Assembly (NCBI GenBank): GCA_016709965.1
Contig: JADJLT010000003.1
Span: forward strand, 48,005-112,004
Length of the DNA stretch: 64,000 nt
Direction of reading: 5' to 3'
Source of the DNA: Betaproteobacteria bacterium
GTDB taxonomy: Bacteria; Pseudomonadota; Gammaproteobacteria; Burkholderiales; Rhodocyclaceae
Both the position numbers and the translations under genes were made by a program. Below, in pieces: positions 28,299-39,208 of this stretch. Under the pieces are notes generated by a model, which saw nothing but the letters and a program-made list of their open reading frames with translations, was not told the DNA's origin and searched no databases. Position 1 is the stretch's first letter. Every line of letters starts with the position of its first letter.

Positions 28299-30010
28299 GG
28301 AAAGAGTTTCTTGATGACGAGGTTGAGCACTTCGTTGTCAGGATTGGCCTTGGCTGCATCATTCAGCAGGCTGCGTGCGTCGTCCTTTCGATTTACAGTC
28401 CACAGTACTTCACCGAGGTGGGCGGCAATTTCAGGGTCGGCTCTGAGCTTGTAGGCCTTTTCCAGTGTTTGCAGGGCTTCGGGTAGTTTGCCTTGGCGAA
28501 ACAGGACCCAGCCCATGCTGTCCATGATGAAAGGGTCTTCCGGCGACAGCTTGAGTGCCTTGGCGATCAGGTCATGCGCTTCCGGCAACCGGGTATTGCG
28601 TTCTGCCCATGAGTAGCCAAGGGCGTTGAGCGCGTGCGCATGTTCCGGTTTGAGTTCAAGCAAATGTTTGAGGTGCTTGTCGAGTTGTTCCGGCTTTCCG
28701 ATGCGTTCGGCGGTCAATGCTGTCTCGTAAAGCAGTTCCGGATTGTCGGGATGGGCTGAAAGTGCGGCTTCCAGAACGATGTAAGCATCGTTCTGCCGAT
28801 TGGCCTCTCGCAGCAATTGTGATTCCGTCAGGATGAGCTGGGTGCGGTCGGCATTTGAGTTGCTATGCGTGTCGTGCAGGACTTCGCGAGCATCATCGAT
28901 CTTGCCTTGCTGGATCAGGATTTGTGCAGTTCGCGAGCGGGCGGGGATGTATTGTTCGCCAGTGGTGACCTGACGGTAATGTTCGAGAGCATCCTGCGGC
29001 CTTTTTTGCTCCTGATCGAGTTGGCCCAGGAAGAAGTGAATCGTACTCTTGTCCGGAAAATCCGTCTCCAGCAGGTGTTCGAGTTGCGTGCGACCGGTGG
29101 TGGTGTCGCCGTGCTGCAGGGCAAGCATGGCAACCGGGTAGATAACGTCGGGATTGTCCGGGTTTTCCTTGAGCAGGCGATCGAAGTGGCCACGAGCGTC
29201 GTCGTAGCGTTTTTCGCTGATCAGTAGCCGGGCCAGTGCCAGACGGGCATCGCGGGCGGCAGGATTGCTGTCGACAAAGTTGGTCAGGCTGTCAATCGCA
29301 GTTTGCGCCGACTGTCGGGCCTGAAGCTGGGCGCGGGCGATGGCTGCGATTTCCCAGTCCGGACGAAGCTGAAGGGCTTTTTCGGCTTCGTTCAGCGCGC
29401 GCAGGTTGTCGCCGGCATTCGCCGCGGCTTGGGCCATGGCGAAATGCGCTTCCGGCAAGTTGTCGTAGGGGGTGGCGACGCGGTCGACCAGTGACTGGAC
29501 CGCTTTTTTGTCGCTGATTTTGCCCAGAATGCGGTTCAAGTGCAGCAAGTTGTTGCCGACGTTGCTTTTGTCTTGCGCAAGCAAGGCGCTCATTTGCGGC
29601 GCAAGGTCGTCAATACGATTGCTCTGGATCAGCAGCGACGATTGGGCCTGCTTGGCCTTGACTGAGTCTGGTTCAGCTTCCAGCCATAGTTTGGTGAGTT
29701 CGAGGGCGCGGTCGTATTGGCGGGCAAGGCTGGCGACTTCCGTGGCGCGGGCCAGGACTTTTGGGTCGCGTGTGCGTTGGGCGAGGTCTGCCCAGGCGTC
29801 GGAGCTCAACTTGGCATCGCCACGCCGAAGGGCGAATTCGCCAAGCAGTGCCTGAAAGACCGTGCGTGCAAGCAGATCTTCGGAGGCGGCATGGGTGATC
29901 GGCCGCTTGCCTGAGGGCTTGGTGGCCGGGTCGCCAGCGGCCAGGCCATATCCCCAATGGGTCAGGCCGATAGCCAGGGTGAGGGCGGCTGCGATTCGCT
30001 TCGGTTGCAT
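28295..30010 (-). CDS. Secreted tetratricopeptide-repeat protein
   Basis: 571 aa with a signal-like N-terminus and many 34-aa A/L/Y-rich TPR-like helices. The stop overlaps the lolB start. Confidence 0.75.
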   Translation of the reverse strand: MQPKRIAAALTLAIGLTHWGYGLAAGDPATKPSGKRPITHAASEDLLARTVFQALLGEFALRRGDAKLSSDAWADLAQRTRDPKVLARATEVASLARQYDRALELTKLWLEAEPDSVKAKQAQSSLLIQSNRIDDLAPQMSALLAQDKSNVGNNLLHLNRILGKISDKKAVQSLVDRVATPYDNLPEAHFAMAQAAANAGDNLRALNEAEKALQLRPDWEIAAIARAQLQARQSAQTAIDSLTNFVDSNPAARDARLALARLLISEKRYDDARGHFDRLLKENPDNPDVIYPVAMLALQHGDTTTGRTQLEHLLETDFPDKSTIHFFLGQLDQEQKRPQDALEHYRQVTTGEQYIPARSRTAQILIQQGKIDDAREVLHDTHSNSNADRTQLILTESQLLREANRQNDAYIVLEAALSAHPDNPELLYETALTAERIGKPEQLDKHLKHLLELKPEHAHALNALGYSWAERNTRLPEAHDLIAKALKLSPEDPFIMDSMGWVLFRQGKLPEALQTLEKAYKLRADPEIAAHLGEVLWTVNRKDDARSLLNDAAKANPDNEVLNLVIKKLFP

Positions 30011-30109
30011 GGACGGCTTTCAGTCGAGGTTAATGCTGGATTGCGCATTTGAACGCATAGAATCCATTAAGTTTGCGATGTTATTTGGGTTTCGTCGGAG
30101 GAACAAGCA

Positions 30110-30943
30110 ATGCCGGAATTGCCAGAGGTGGAAGTTTGTCGTCGTGGCTTGGCGCCGGAGTTGGTTGGCGCCCGCATTGAGGGGGTGAAAATCCGCGCGC
30201 CAAAGTTGCGCCAGGATATTCCGCGCGAGTTGCTTGAGGTGCTGCCGGGGTGTCAAATCGTTGCCGTTCGGCGGCGTGCCAAGTATCTGCTGATCGATTG
30301 TCAGCGTGAGGGCGTGCAGGGTTCTCTGATCATTCATCTGGGGATGTCGGGCAATTTGCGCTTCGTGCCACATGACCAGCCGGTCGAGAAGCATGACCAT
30401 TTTGAACTGGTGCTGGCTAAATATATATTGCGCTTTGCCGACCCGCGTCGCTTTGGGGTTGTGCTTTGGCAACCGGGGCCACCGGCGCTTGCTGAACTGC
30501 ATCCTTTGCTCGCATCGCAGGGGGTTGAGCCGCTATCAGAGACTTTCACGGTCGACTGGATTTTTAAGGCTATTTCGAAAAGAAGTGGGCCAATCAAGCC
30601 GACCTTGATGGACAGCCATCTGGTTGTTGGCATCGGTAATATTTATGCGTCGGAGAGCCTTTTTCGGGCCGGCATCTCGCCGCTGCGGGCGGCCAACCGG
30701 ATCAGTCGGGCGCGTTACGAAATTCTTGTGCCGGCGATTCGTGAAACCCTGTCGGATGCCATTGCCGCCGGTGGCAGCAGCATTCGTGATTATGTGCATA
30801 GCGATGGTGGTGCCGGATGCTTTCAAATTCAGGCCGGTGTTTATGATCGTGCCGGCAAACCCTGTCTGCGCTGCGGTGGTGTCGTTCGGCAAATTCGGCA
30901 GGCCGGACGCAGCACCTATTACTGCACGGGTTGCCAGCATTAA
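30110..30943 (+). CDS. mutM: Formamidopyrimidine-DNA glycosylase
   Basis: MPELPEVE N-terminus and C-terminal zinc finger CLRCGG...YYCTGCQ. Confidence 0.95.
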   Translation: MPELPEVEVCRRGLAPELVGARIEGVKIRAPKLRQDIPRELLEVLPGCQIVAVRRRAKYLLIDCQREGVQGSLIIHLGMSGNLRFVPHDQPVEKHDHFELVLAKYILRFADPRRFGVVLWQPGPPALAELHPLLASQGVEPLSETFTVDWIFKAISKRSGPIKPTLMDSHLVVGIGNIYASESLFRAGISPLRAANRISRARYEILVPAIRETLSDAIAAGGSSIRDYVHSDGGAGCFQIQAGVYDRAGKPCLRCGGVVRQIRQAGRSTYYCTGCQH

Positions 30944-31009
30944 ACACTACCTGCAAGTCTCTGTTTTTATGCTAAATTGAGATTTCCGTAAGCCTCCGGA
31001 AATACCGTT

Positions 31010-32959
31010 ATGTCGCTCGCCAATCAATTTGCCGCCTATTCCGTCTGGCGCTCCCGTCTCGCTACCAATATCGGCGAGTTGCAGAGCTGGCTGAATCACA
31101 ACGAATTGTCCGATGCCCAGAGCGATCTGCGGCTGACACAACTGCTTGAACGCTTGCGCGAAGATCGCCTTAACGTCGCCTTCGTTGCAGAGTTCTCACG
31201 CGGCAAGTCGGAACTGATCAACGCCATTTTCTTTGCCGATTACGGCAACCGGATGTTGCCCTCTTCGGCCGGCCGGACGACGATGTGTCCGACAGAACTG
31301 CTGTTTGACGGCAACAAGCTGCCCTGTATCGAGTTGTTGCCGATCCAGACGCGTGCATCCAATTCCAGTGTCAGCGAGTACAAGCGCTTTGCTGATGAGT
31401 GGACCAAGGTGGATCTCGATACCGAATCGGCGGATGCCATGCAGGATGCGCTGCGCCATGTCAGTGAAACGACACGGGTGACGCCTGAAGAGGCTGGCCG
31501 ACTTGGGTTCGAAGTTGGTAGCGGCCAGATTGATTTGTACGTAATCGGTGACGACGGCCTGGTTGAAGTGCCGCGTTGGCGTCATGCGATGATCAATTTC
31601 CCGCACCCGCTGCTCAAGCAGGGGCTGGTCATTCTCGATACCCCGGGCCTGAATGCAATTGGCGCCGAACCGGAGTTGACGCTGTCGCTGCTGCCGAATG
31701 CCCACGCCGTGCTGTTCATTCTGGCGGCGGATACCGGTGTCACGCAGTCGGACATGGCGATCTGGCGCGAACATATTTGCGGTGGTGGCATGGCCAAGCG
31801 CGGGCGCATGGTGGTGCTGAACAAGATCGACGGGCAGTGGGACGAACTGAAGACCGAGGCGGAAATCGATGCCGAAATTCAGCGTCAGGCCGATACCAGC
31901 GCCAACTTGCTTGAGTTGCCGGCCAGCCAGATTTTCCCGGTTTCGGCCCAAAAAGGGCTGGTCGCCAAGATCAACGGCGATGATGCCTTGCTCGCCAAGA
32001 GCCGTCTGCCCCAGCTGGAGGCAGCACTCTCCGAAGAGCTGATTCCGGCCAAGCGCGATATCGTTTGCGATAGCACCGAAAGCGAGTTTGGCGATGTCAC
32101 CCGTCGGGTGCGTGTTCTGCTCGATTCACGCTTGCTGGGCCTGCGTGAGCAATTGACCGAACTGACCGAACTGCGTGGCAAGAACAAGGGCGTGGTCGAA
32201 TACATGATGGGCAAGGTTCGCGCCGAAAAGGATGAGTTCGAGTCCGGCCTGCAGCGCTACTACGCCGTGCGCAGTGTTTTTTCGACGCTGACCAACAATC
32301 TGTTCAGCCATCTCGGTCTCGACGTGTTGCGCCAGTTGACCCACCAAACCCGCGAAGCGATGCTGGATGCTGCCTTCTCCAAATCCTTGTCAGATGCGAT
32401 GGCCGCTTTCTTTACGGGTTCGCGTGATGCGCTGGCCAAGTCAAATGGCGAGATCGGCGAAATCCTGTCAATGATGGAAGCGGTGTACAAGAAATTTGCC
32501 ATCGAGCATGGCCTCAAACTTGGGTCGCCAACGACGTTCTCCCTGCTTCGCTACGAAAAGGAGCTCGATCGATTGCAGGCCTGGTGTAACGATCACCTGA
32601 ATACCATGGTCAGTTTGTTGACTCATGACAAGAAGAACATCACGCAGAAGTTCTTTGAGGAAGTGGCGACTCAGGTGCGGCGTGCTTTCGAACACGCCAA
32701 TCGCGATGCCGAAATATGGCTGCGAGCCATCATGGCGCCGATGGAAACCCAGGTTCGCGAGCATCAGATCCAGCTAAAGCGTCGTCTTGAAAGTATCAAA
32801 CGCATCCATCAGGCGACCGATACGCTGGAAGATCGTATTGCTGAGCTTGAGGGCGTTGAAAAGAGCCTGCAGCAACAGATCGAAGGCCTGGAGGAAATTG
32901 TCGGCCGGGTTCAGGACATGCTGGTGCCGCTCAACAAGCAGGAATTGCAGGCGGCCTGA
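31010..32959 (+). CDS. Bacterial dynamin-like GTPase
   Basis: G1 AEFSRGKSELINA, G3 DTPGLNAIG, G4 LNKID, followed by a long helical stalk. 649 aa. Confidence 0.85.
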   Translation: MSLANQFAAYSVWRSRLATNIGELQSWLNHNELSDAQSDLRLTQLLERLREDRLNVAFVAEFSRGKSELINAIFFADYGNRMLPSSAGRTTMCPTELLFDGNKLPCIELLPIQTRASNSSVSEYKRFADEWTKVDLDTESADAMQDALRHVSETTRVTPEEAGRLGFEVGSGQIDLYVIGDDGLVEVPRWRHAMINFPHPLLKQGLVILDTPGLNAIGAEPELTLSLLPNAHAVLFILAADTGVTQSDMAIWREHICGGGMAKRGRMVVLNKIDGQWDELKTEAEIDAEIQRQADTSANLLELPASQIFPVSAQKGLVAKINGDDALLAKSRLPQLEAALSEELIPAKRDIVCDSTESEFGDVTRRVRVLLDSRLLGLREQLTELTELRGKNKGVVEYMMGKVRAEKDEFESGLQRYYAVRSVFSTLTNNLFSHLGLDVLRQLTHQTREAMLDAAFSKSLSDAMAAFFTGSRDALAKSNGEIGEILSMMEAVYKKFAIEHGLKLGSPTTFSLLRYEKELDRLQAWCNDHLNTMVSLLTHDKKNITQKFFEEVATQVRRAFEHANRDAEIWLRAIMAPMETQVREHQIQLKRRLESIKRIHQATDTLEDRIAELEGVEKSLQQQIEGLEEIVGRVQDMLVPLNKQELQAA

Positions 32960-32978
32960 TTTTGCGGTCTTCGGGGGC

Positions 32979-33020
32979 ATTGCTGCGGTCAACCGGAAAA
33001 AACAGCCAAAACTGAAAAAT
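32979..33020 (+). repeat. Dispersed CGGTCAAC/A-tract repeat, copy c2 (intergenic)
   Basis: ATTGCTGCGGTCAACCGGAAAAAACAGCCAAAACTGAAAAAT, immediately 5' of the bidirectional terminator. Confidence 0.8.
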
Positions 33021-33050
33021 AAAAAACCCGCGAAATTCGCGGGTTTTTTA
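33021..33050. terminator. Bidirectional rho-independent terminator between the convergent dynamin-like and ferredoxin genes
   Basis: AAAAAA-CCCGCG-AAATT-CGCGGG-TTTTTTA. Confidence 0.75.
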
Positions 33051-33067
33051 TGGCGCGGTGAAAAAGC

Positions 33068-34387
<1,320 letters not shown>

Positions 34388-34391
<4 letters not shown>

Positions 34392-35677
34392 TCGGCGGCT
34401 ACCGTCACCGTGATCAGGTTTTCCGGACGAACGTGGCGTGCAAATGCCTGCTTGATCTGCTCGGCCGTTACTGCTTGAACCCTGGCCTGGTAGTGGTCGA
34501 GATAATCGAGTGGAAGGCCATAGAAGCCGATCACCGCTACGTTCTCGAGCAGCTTCTTGTTGCTGTCGAGGCGTAGTGGGAAGCTGCCGGTCAGGTTGGC
34601 CTGGGCGGCGGTCAGTTCTTCTTCTGTCGGCCCGTCCTTCAGAAAGCCATTCAGGACGTCCTGGGCAACCTTGACGGCGTCCCCGGCTTGCGAACGCTTG
34701 GTTTGCAGTCCGATCTGGAACGGGCCAGTCTGCTTCATGGGGGAGAAATAGCTGTAAACACTGTAGGCGTAGCCGCGTTTGTCGCGGACTTCCTTCATCA
34801 GCCTCGAGACGAAGCCGCCGCCACCGAGGGAATAGTTGCCGACGAGCAACGGAAAGTAGTCAGGATTGCCTCGCTCTATCGCCGGCAGGCCGATAAAAAC
34901 ATGGGCCTGGCTAGCCGGGTGGGCAAGCTGGATCAGACGTTTTTGTGGCTTTTCCGGTATGGCTGGGAGCGCGGCCGGTTCGCCCTTGGGCAGGCCGGCG
35001 GCGATGGACTCGGCGATTTTCTCGGCGTCATTGCGGGAGATGTCGCCCACCAGCGTGATGCTGGCGTTGGCCGCGTTGTAATAGCGGGCGTAGAAGGCGG
35101 TAAGGTCATCGCGAGTCAGTGATGCAATGCTTTCTGGCGTGGCTTGGCGACCGTAGGGGTGATTCGGGTACATCGCCGCCCAGAACGCCTTTCCGGCAAT
35201 GCTGTCGGGGCGGGTCATGGCCTCCTTGAGGCCGGCAATGGTGCGCGCCTTTTCGCGTTCGAAGATGGCGCCATCGAAACGTGGGGCGTGCAGTACGCTT
35301 CTCAGGATGTCGAGTGCCGGGTCACGCTTGTCCCTGGCCGACAGGGTGCGCAAGGCGACGCTGGCACGGTCGGTGTCGGCGCCGCCGGCAAGATTGGCGC
35401 CGATGTCGGCCATCTGCTCGGCGATGGCGGTTTCATCCAGCTTGCCGGCCCCGAGGTCCAGGGTGCCGCGGGTCAGGGCTGCAGTACCTGATTTGCCCGC
35501 GGGATCGAACATCGAGCCAGCGGCAAAGTCGACCTGAACGTCTAGCATTGGCAAGACGCGACTTTCGATAAAATAAACGCGGGCGCCCGAGGGTGAAACC
35601 CAGTGCTCGATCTTGACGCCAGCCAATGCGACTTGCGAGATCATCAGGACGATTACTGCGGTCAACAGTCTTTTCAT
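34388..35677 (-). CDS. M16-family peptidase, second subunit-like paralogue (no HxxEH seen)
   Basis: Signal peptide MKRLLTAVIVLMISQVALAG. Pitrilysin-family length and motifs (NASITLVGD, GGGFVSRLMKEVRDKRGYAYSV). The ATG at 35677 abuts the stop of the preceding small ORF. Confidence 0.85.
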
Positions 35678-35686
35678 GCGAAAAAC
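35654..35686 (+). repeat. Variant or partial copy (c13) of the CGGTCAAC repeat at the small-ORF/M16 junction
   Basis: TACTGCGGTCAACAGTCTTTTCATGCGAAAAAC. The 11-nt core CTGCGGTCAAC and the 3' GAAAAAC are shared with c1, but the internal tract differs. Confidence 0.45.
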
Positions 35687-36084
35687 TCCGTTAAGCGGGG
35701 TTGCCATGCAAAAAGCAGGGCAAGGCAAGCGACGACTGCCGTCAAGGCAAGGCCCCAGGCCAGGCGCCGGGCGAGCCGACGGAAATTATCAACTTGCGCC
35801 ACAAGCAGTGCATTTTGTTCGCTCAGCGCCTGGATGAGTTCACCGGAAGCGAGCATTTGCGTACGCAATTTCCGTTGGACGGCTTCCAGCGCTGCCAGCC
35901 TTGTTGCGAGATCGGCATCGGGCGAAAGATTGGGTTCTGCCATCAAATCTGATCCTGAGCCGTCGCCATTCTTGCGGCTCATGCCCTTCCACAGCTTCTT
36001 GGCGCCATCGGCGATGATCGGCGCCTTGCCGAGTACGTCGCTCCACGGCACGCTGGTGAGGATTATTTTCCACGGCAAGGGCAT
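35674..36084 (-). CDS. Hypothetical coiled-coil protein with a C-terminal TM anchor, wedged between the two M16 peptidase genes
   Basis: 136-aa ORF that fills the whole 418-bp gap. AGGA lies 5 nt before the ATG. Central heptad-like region ATRLAALEAVQRKLRTQMLASGELIQALSEQNALLVAQVDNF. C-terminal LAWGLALTAVVACLALLFAW. Confidence 0.5.
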   Translation of the reverse strand: MPLPWKIILTSVPWSDVLGKAPIIADGAKKLWKGMSRKNGDGSGSDLMAEPNLSPDADLATRLAALEAVQRKLRTQMLASGELIQALSEQNALLVAQVDNFRRLARRLAWGLALTAVVACLALLFAWQPRLTEFFA

Positions 36085-36095
36085 GGTTTCCTGGC

Positions 36096-37454
36096 TCAGT
36101 GGCGAGTGGCAACAGCCGGCCGACGCGGCTTGCTATCGAGCGGTTGCGGATCAAGAAGGCCAATGGTGAGGGCGTCGTCGTCAAAATACTTTCTGGCGAC
36201 GGCCTGGACTTCGGCCGCAGTGACGGACTGCAGCTTTTCAAGCATTCGGTCGATTTTCTGGTAAGGCAGGCCGACCGCCTCGATCTGGCCGATTTCCATG
36301 GCTTGGCCAAACATGGAGTCGAGCTTGTAGACTTGCCCTGCCAGCAGTTGTGCCTTGGCGCGTTTGAGTTCCTGCTCGCTGACCCCGTCTTTCTGGACGC
36401 GGGTGATTTCGGCACGCAGGGCGGCTTGCAGATCGGCCACCGTTTTGCCTTCCGAGGGTATGCCGTGCAGGTACAACATGCCCGGGCCGCGCGCCGTGTT
36501 GTCATAGTCGATACCGACTGACAGTGCGACCTTCTCCTCGCGTACCAACTTTTTGTTGAAGCGGGCTGCATCGTGGCCATCGAGAATCGAGGCGAGCATT
36601 TCCAGTGCATAGGGATCGCTGTCACGCTCGATGTCGCGCAGGATTGGCGCCTTGTAGCCCATGATCAGTATTGGCAATTCGGCCGGGGCCTTGACGGTGA
36701 CGGAGCGTGGGCCTTCTTGCCGAGGTTCTATCTGCTGGCGGCGGAGAGGCAGGGCACGCCCTTCAAGCGGGCCGTAGTATTTTTCCGCCTGCGCGAACAC
36801 GGCCTTGTGATCGACGTCGCCGGTAATGACTACGTAGGCGTTGTTCGGCACGTACCAGGTGTCGTACCAGGCCTTGGCATCGGCGGCGGTCATTGTTTCG
36901 AGATCGTTCATCCAGCCGATGATCGGTCGGCGGTAGGGGTGAGCCTGAAAGGCGACGGCATTCATCTGCTCAAACAGCTTGGATTGCGGATTGTCGTCGG
37001 TGCGCATGCGGCGCTCCTCCATGACGACCTTGATTTCCTGGGCGAATTCCTTTTTATCCACGTTCAGATGACGCATGCGGTCCGCTTCGAGCGCCATCAT
37101 CTCGTCCAGTTTTTCCTTGGGTACCTGCTGGAAGTAGGCCGTGTAATCGCGGCTGGTAAAGGCGTTGTCGCGCCCGCCGGCCGCGGCAACGCGCTTGTTG
37201 AATTCACCGGGGCCGACGCTCGGCGTGCCCTTGAACATCATGTGTTCGAGCACATGGGCGACGCCGGAGTGACCATCAACTTCGTCGATACTGCCAATGC
37301 GGTACCAGACCATTTGTACTGCGGTCGGCGCGCGGTGGTCTTCCTTGACGATGATGCGCAGGCCGTTTTTCAGCGTTGTTTCAAAGGGGTTGGCGAAAGC
37401 TGCGGTAGACAGCGAGGCAGCAAGCAAGACGGGGAGCAGGTATTTGATACGCAT
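36096..37454 (-). CDS. M16-family zinc peptidase (catalytic subunit-like)
   Basis: Signal peptide; inverted zinc motif HVLEH in GVAHVLEHMMFKG. 452 aa. Confidence 0.9.
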   Translation of the reverse strand: MRIKYLLPVLLAASLSTAAFANPFETTLKNGLRIIVKEDHRAPTAVQMVWYRIGSIDEVDGHSGVAHVLEHMMFKGTPSVGPGEFNKRVAAAGGRDNAFTSRDYTAYFQQVPKEKLDEMMALEADRMRHLNVDKKEFAQEIKVVMEERRMRTDDNPQSKLFEQMNAVAFQAHPYRRPIIGWMNDLETMTAADAKAWYDTWYVPNNAYVVITGDVDHKAVFAQAEKYYGPLEGRALPLRRQQIEPRQEGPRSVTVKAPAELPILIMGYKAPILRDIERDSDPYALEMLASILDGHDAARFNKKLVREEKVALSVGIDYDNTARGPGMLYLHGIPSEGKTVADLQAALRAEITRVQKDGVSEQELKRAKAQLLAGQVYKLDSMFGQAMEIGQIEAVGLPYQKIDRMLEKLQSVTAAEVQAVARKYFDDDALTIGLLDPQPLDSKPRRPAVATRH

Positions 37455-37583
37455 GGCAAAGGGCGTGAGCGGGGCTTTCTGCTAGAATTGGAGGTTGATT
37501 TTGCATCGATCCGGACGGCATCTTAACGGCTTGCCGCCCGCCTGTCAGCAAGGCTTCAGACCCCGCTTGAGACAACTATTCCC

Positions 37584-38561
37584 ATGTTCAGTTTCCTGAA
37601 AAAATCCGCTACCGACAAGAAAGCCGAAGTTGCGGCTGAAACACCCGCTGCGCCCAGTTGGCGCGAGCGCCTGTTCAAGGGGCTGGCCAAGACCCGTGCC
37701 CAGTGGGGCGGCAAGCTCAAAACCATTTTTTCGCGCGGCAAGGTTGACGATGAGCTCCTGGAGGAACTGGAAACCCTGTTGCTGACCAGTGATTGTGGCA
37801 TTGAGGCTACCCAGCACCTGCTTGATGAGCTGAAAAAAGCTGCCAAGCGCGACAAACTGGATACGCCTGAGGCTATTCAGAAAGCACTGCACGATGCCCT
37901 GCTCGAAACCTTGTCGCCGCTTGAAAAACCGCTCGATATTTCGACACACAAGCCTTTCGTGATCATGATTGCCGGCGTGAATGGTGCCGGCAAGACAACG
38001 TCAATCGGTAAGCTGGCCAAATATTTCCAGACTCAGGGCAAGACGGTGCTGCTGGCGGCTGGCGACACTTTCCGCGCGGCGGCTCGCGAACAACTGGAAA
38101 CCTGGGGCGAGCGCAATAACGTGACGGTGATCGCGCAGGACAACGGTGATCCGGCAGCCGTCGTTTTCGACGCCATTTCGGCCGCCAAGGCGCGTGGGAT
38201 CGACATTGTGCTGGCTGACACGGCAGGTCGCCTGCCGACGCAGCTGCATCTGATGGAAGAAATCGCCAAGGTACGCCGCGTCATTCAGAAAATCGACCCG
38301 GAGGGTCCGCACGAAACCCTGCTGGTGCTCGATGCCAACATCGGCCAGAACGCCCTGCAGCAGGTCAAGGCTTTTGACAAGGCGATCAAAGTGACAGGAC
38401 TGGTGCTGACCAAACTCGACGGAACAGCCAAGGGTGGTGTGGTGACGGCGATTGCCAGACAGTGCCCCAAACCGATCCGTTTCATTGGTGTTGGTGAGCA
38501 GATCGACGATCTGCGTCCTTTCTCGGCGCGTGATTTTGTGGATGCAATGTTCGAGCAATGA
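37584..38561 (+). CDS. ftsY: Signal recognition particle receptor FtsY
   Basis: GVNGAGKTTSIGKLA...DTAGR...TKLDGTAKGG. Confidence 0.95.
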   Translation: MFSFLKKSATDKKAEVAAETPAAPSWRERLFKGLAKTRAQWGGKLKTIFSRGKVDDELLEELETLLLTSDCGIEATQHLLDELKKAAKRDKLDTPEAIQKALHDALLETLSPLEKPLDISTHKPFVIMIAGVNGAGKTTSIGKLAKYFQTQGKTVLLAAGDTFRAAAREQLETWGERNNVTVIAQDNGDPAAVVFDAISAAKARGIDIVLADTAGRLPTQLHLMEEIAKVRRVIQKIDPEGPHETLLVLDANIGQNALQQVKAFDKAIKVTGLVLTKLDGTAKGGVVTAIARQCPKPIRFIGVGEQIDDLRPFSARDFVDAMFEQ

Positions 38562-39208
38562 TTGTTGCCAGCAACCTGAGCAAGCGCTATCCGGGCGGAT
38601 TCGAAGCCGTCAAGGATGTCAGTTTCCAAATCGAAGCCGGACAGATGGTGCTGATCACTGGTCACTCTGGCGCCGGCAAGACGACGCTGGTCAAGCTGAT
38701 GTCGACCATCGAAAAACCAACTTCCGGCAGCCTGGTCGTCAATGGCCAGAATTTGTCAGCCATGCGGCGCAGCGCCATCCCGCACGTCCGGCGTCACTTC
38801 GGACTGGTTTTTCAGAATCAGAAACTGTTGTTCGACCGCAACGCCCTCGACAATGTCCTGTTGCCGCTACAGATCGCCGGTCTGCCGCGTCGCGAGGCGA
38901 TTCGTCGCGCGCAGGCCGCCCTCGACAAGGTGGGCCTGCTCCTTCGCGAAAAAGCCAATCCGATTGCGTTGTCCGGTGGAGAGCAGCAACGGCTGGCGAT
39001 CGCCCGGGCCGTGGTCAATCGTCCGACGGTCCTGCTGGCCGATGAGCCCACTGGTAACCTTGATGTCGAATCCGGGGCCGAAATTCTGGAGATTTTTGCT
39101 GACTTCCATCGCGTCGGTGTCACTGTGGTGGTTGCCACGCATGACCAGAGCTGGATCGAGCGTTATCACCCGAATGTGTTGCGCCTTGATCATGGGCGCC
39201 TGTTATGA
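38558..39208 (+). CDS. ftsE: Cell-division ABC ATPase FtsE
   Basis: GHSGAGKTTL, LSGGEQQRLAIARA, LLADEPTGNLD. 4-nt overlap with ftsY. Confidence 0.95.
   Translation: MIVASNLSKRYPGGFEAVKDVSFQIEAGQMVLITGHSGAGKTTLVKLMSTIEKPTSGSLVVNGQNLSAMRRSAIPHVRRHFGLVFQNQKLLFDRNALDNVLLPLQIAGLPRREAIRRAQAALDKVGLLLREKANPIALSGGEQQRLAIARAVVNRPTVLLADEPTGNLDVESGAEILEIFADFHRVGVTVVVATHDQSWIERYHPNVLRLDHGRLL

Noticed and set aside
36573-37526. 317-aa plus-strand ORF antisense to the M16 peptidase. Similar long antisense ORFs occur at 39259-40200, 40721-41374, 42664-43527, 43567-44364, 45197-45931, 31196-31951 and 20774-21535.
   Set aside because: All are antisense to genes with strong family motifs and have featureless, Arg/Gly/Ala-rich products.
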